Below are positions 34,459-34,510 of a DNA stretch of 34,510 nt, in pieces; the first letter of the stretch is position 1, and every line of letters starts with the position of its first letter. Made by a program: the position numbers and the translations under genes. The stretch comes from Octopus bimaculoides (lineage: Eukaryota), in the NCBI RefSeq assembly GCF_001194135.2, contig NC_068984.1, positions 110,221,489 to 110,255,998 on the forward strand. Reading direction: 5' to 3'. The notes below the pieces were generated by a model that worked only from the letters and a program-made list of their open reading frames with translations, had not been told where the DNA came from and ran no database searches.

Positions 34459-34510
<52 letters not shown>
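34440..34510. repeat. (AC)n/(TA)n microsatellite
   Basis: Direct reading. Confidence 0.95.

Noticed and set aside
1-34510. CRISPR arrays, operons or prokaryotic defence systems
   Set aside because: No regularly spaced repeat-spacer array and no dense coding; the window is eukaryotic repeat-rich DNA.

Overview
Repeat-dominated eukaryotic DNA with 11 assembly gaps and dense di- and trinucleotide microsatellites. The SINE families look like those I recall from octopus (inference). No host protein-coding gene can be supported confidently, and most track ORFs are microsatellite or gap artefacts. Manual translation shows decayed mobile elements: two L1/Tx1-like LINE copies plus a short third 3' tail (one copy is internally deleted, with CCHC-knuckle ORF1 beside the ORF2 C-terminus), a HERO-like RLE LINE end, an RTE LINE end, a Penelope GIY-YIG remnant, two mariner fragments, a maT/Tc1-like transposon, and about 20 tRNA-derived SINE copies in several families. 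The best observation is a CTTGT-loop hairpin with covarying stems shared by the 3' ends of the main SINE family and the L1/Tx1-like LINE, suggesting a SINE-LINE partnership. Also notable are a decayed hammerhead-ribozyme-like motif, a 365-bp foldback flanked by 64-bp direct repeats, and a perfect 21-bp hairpin.
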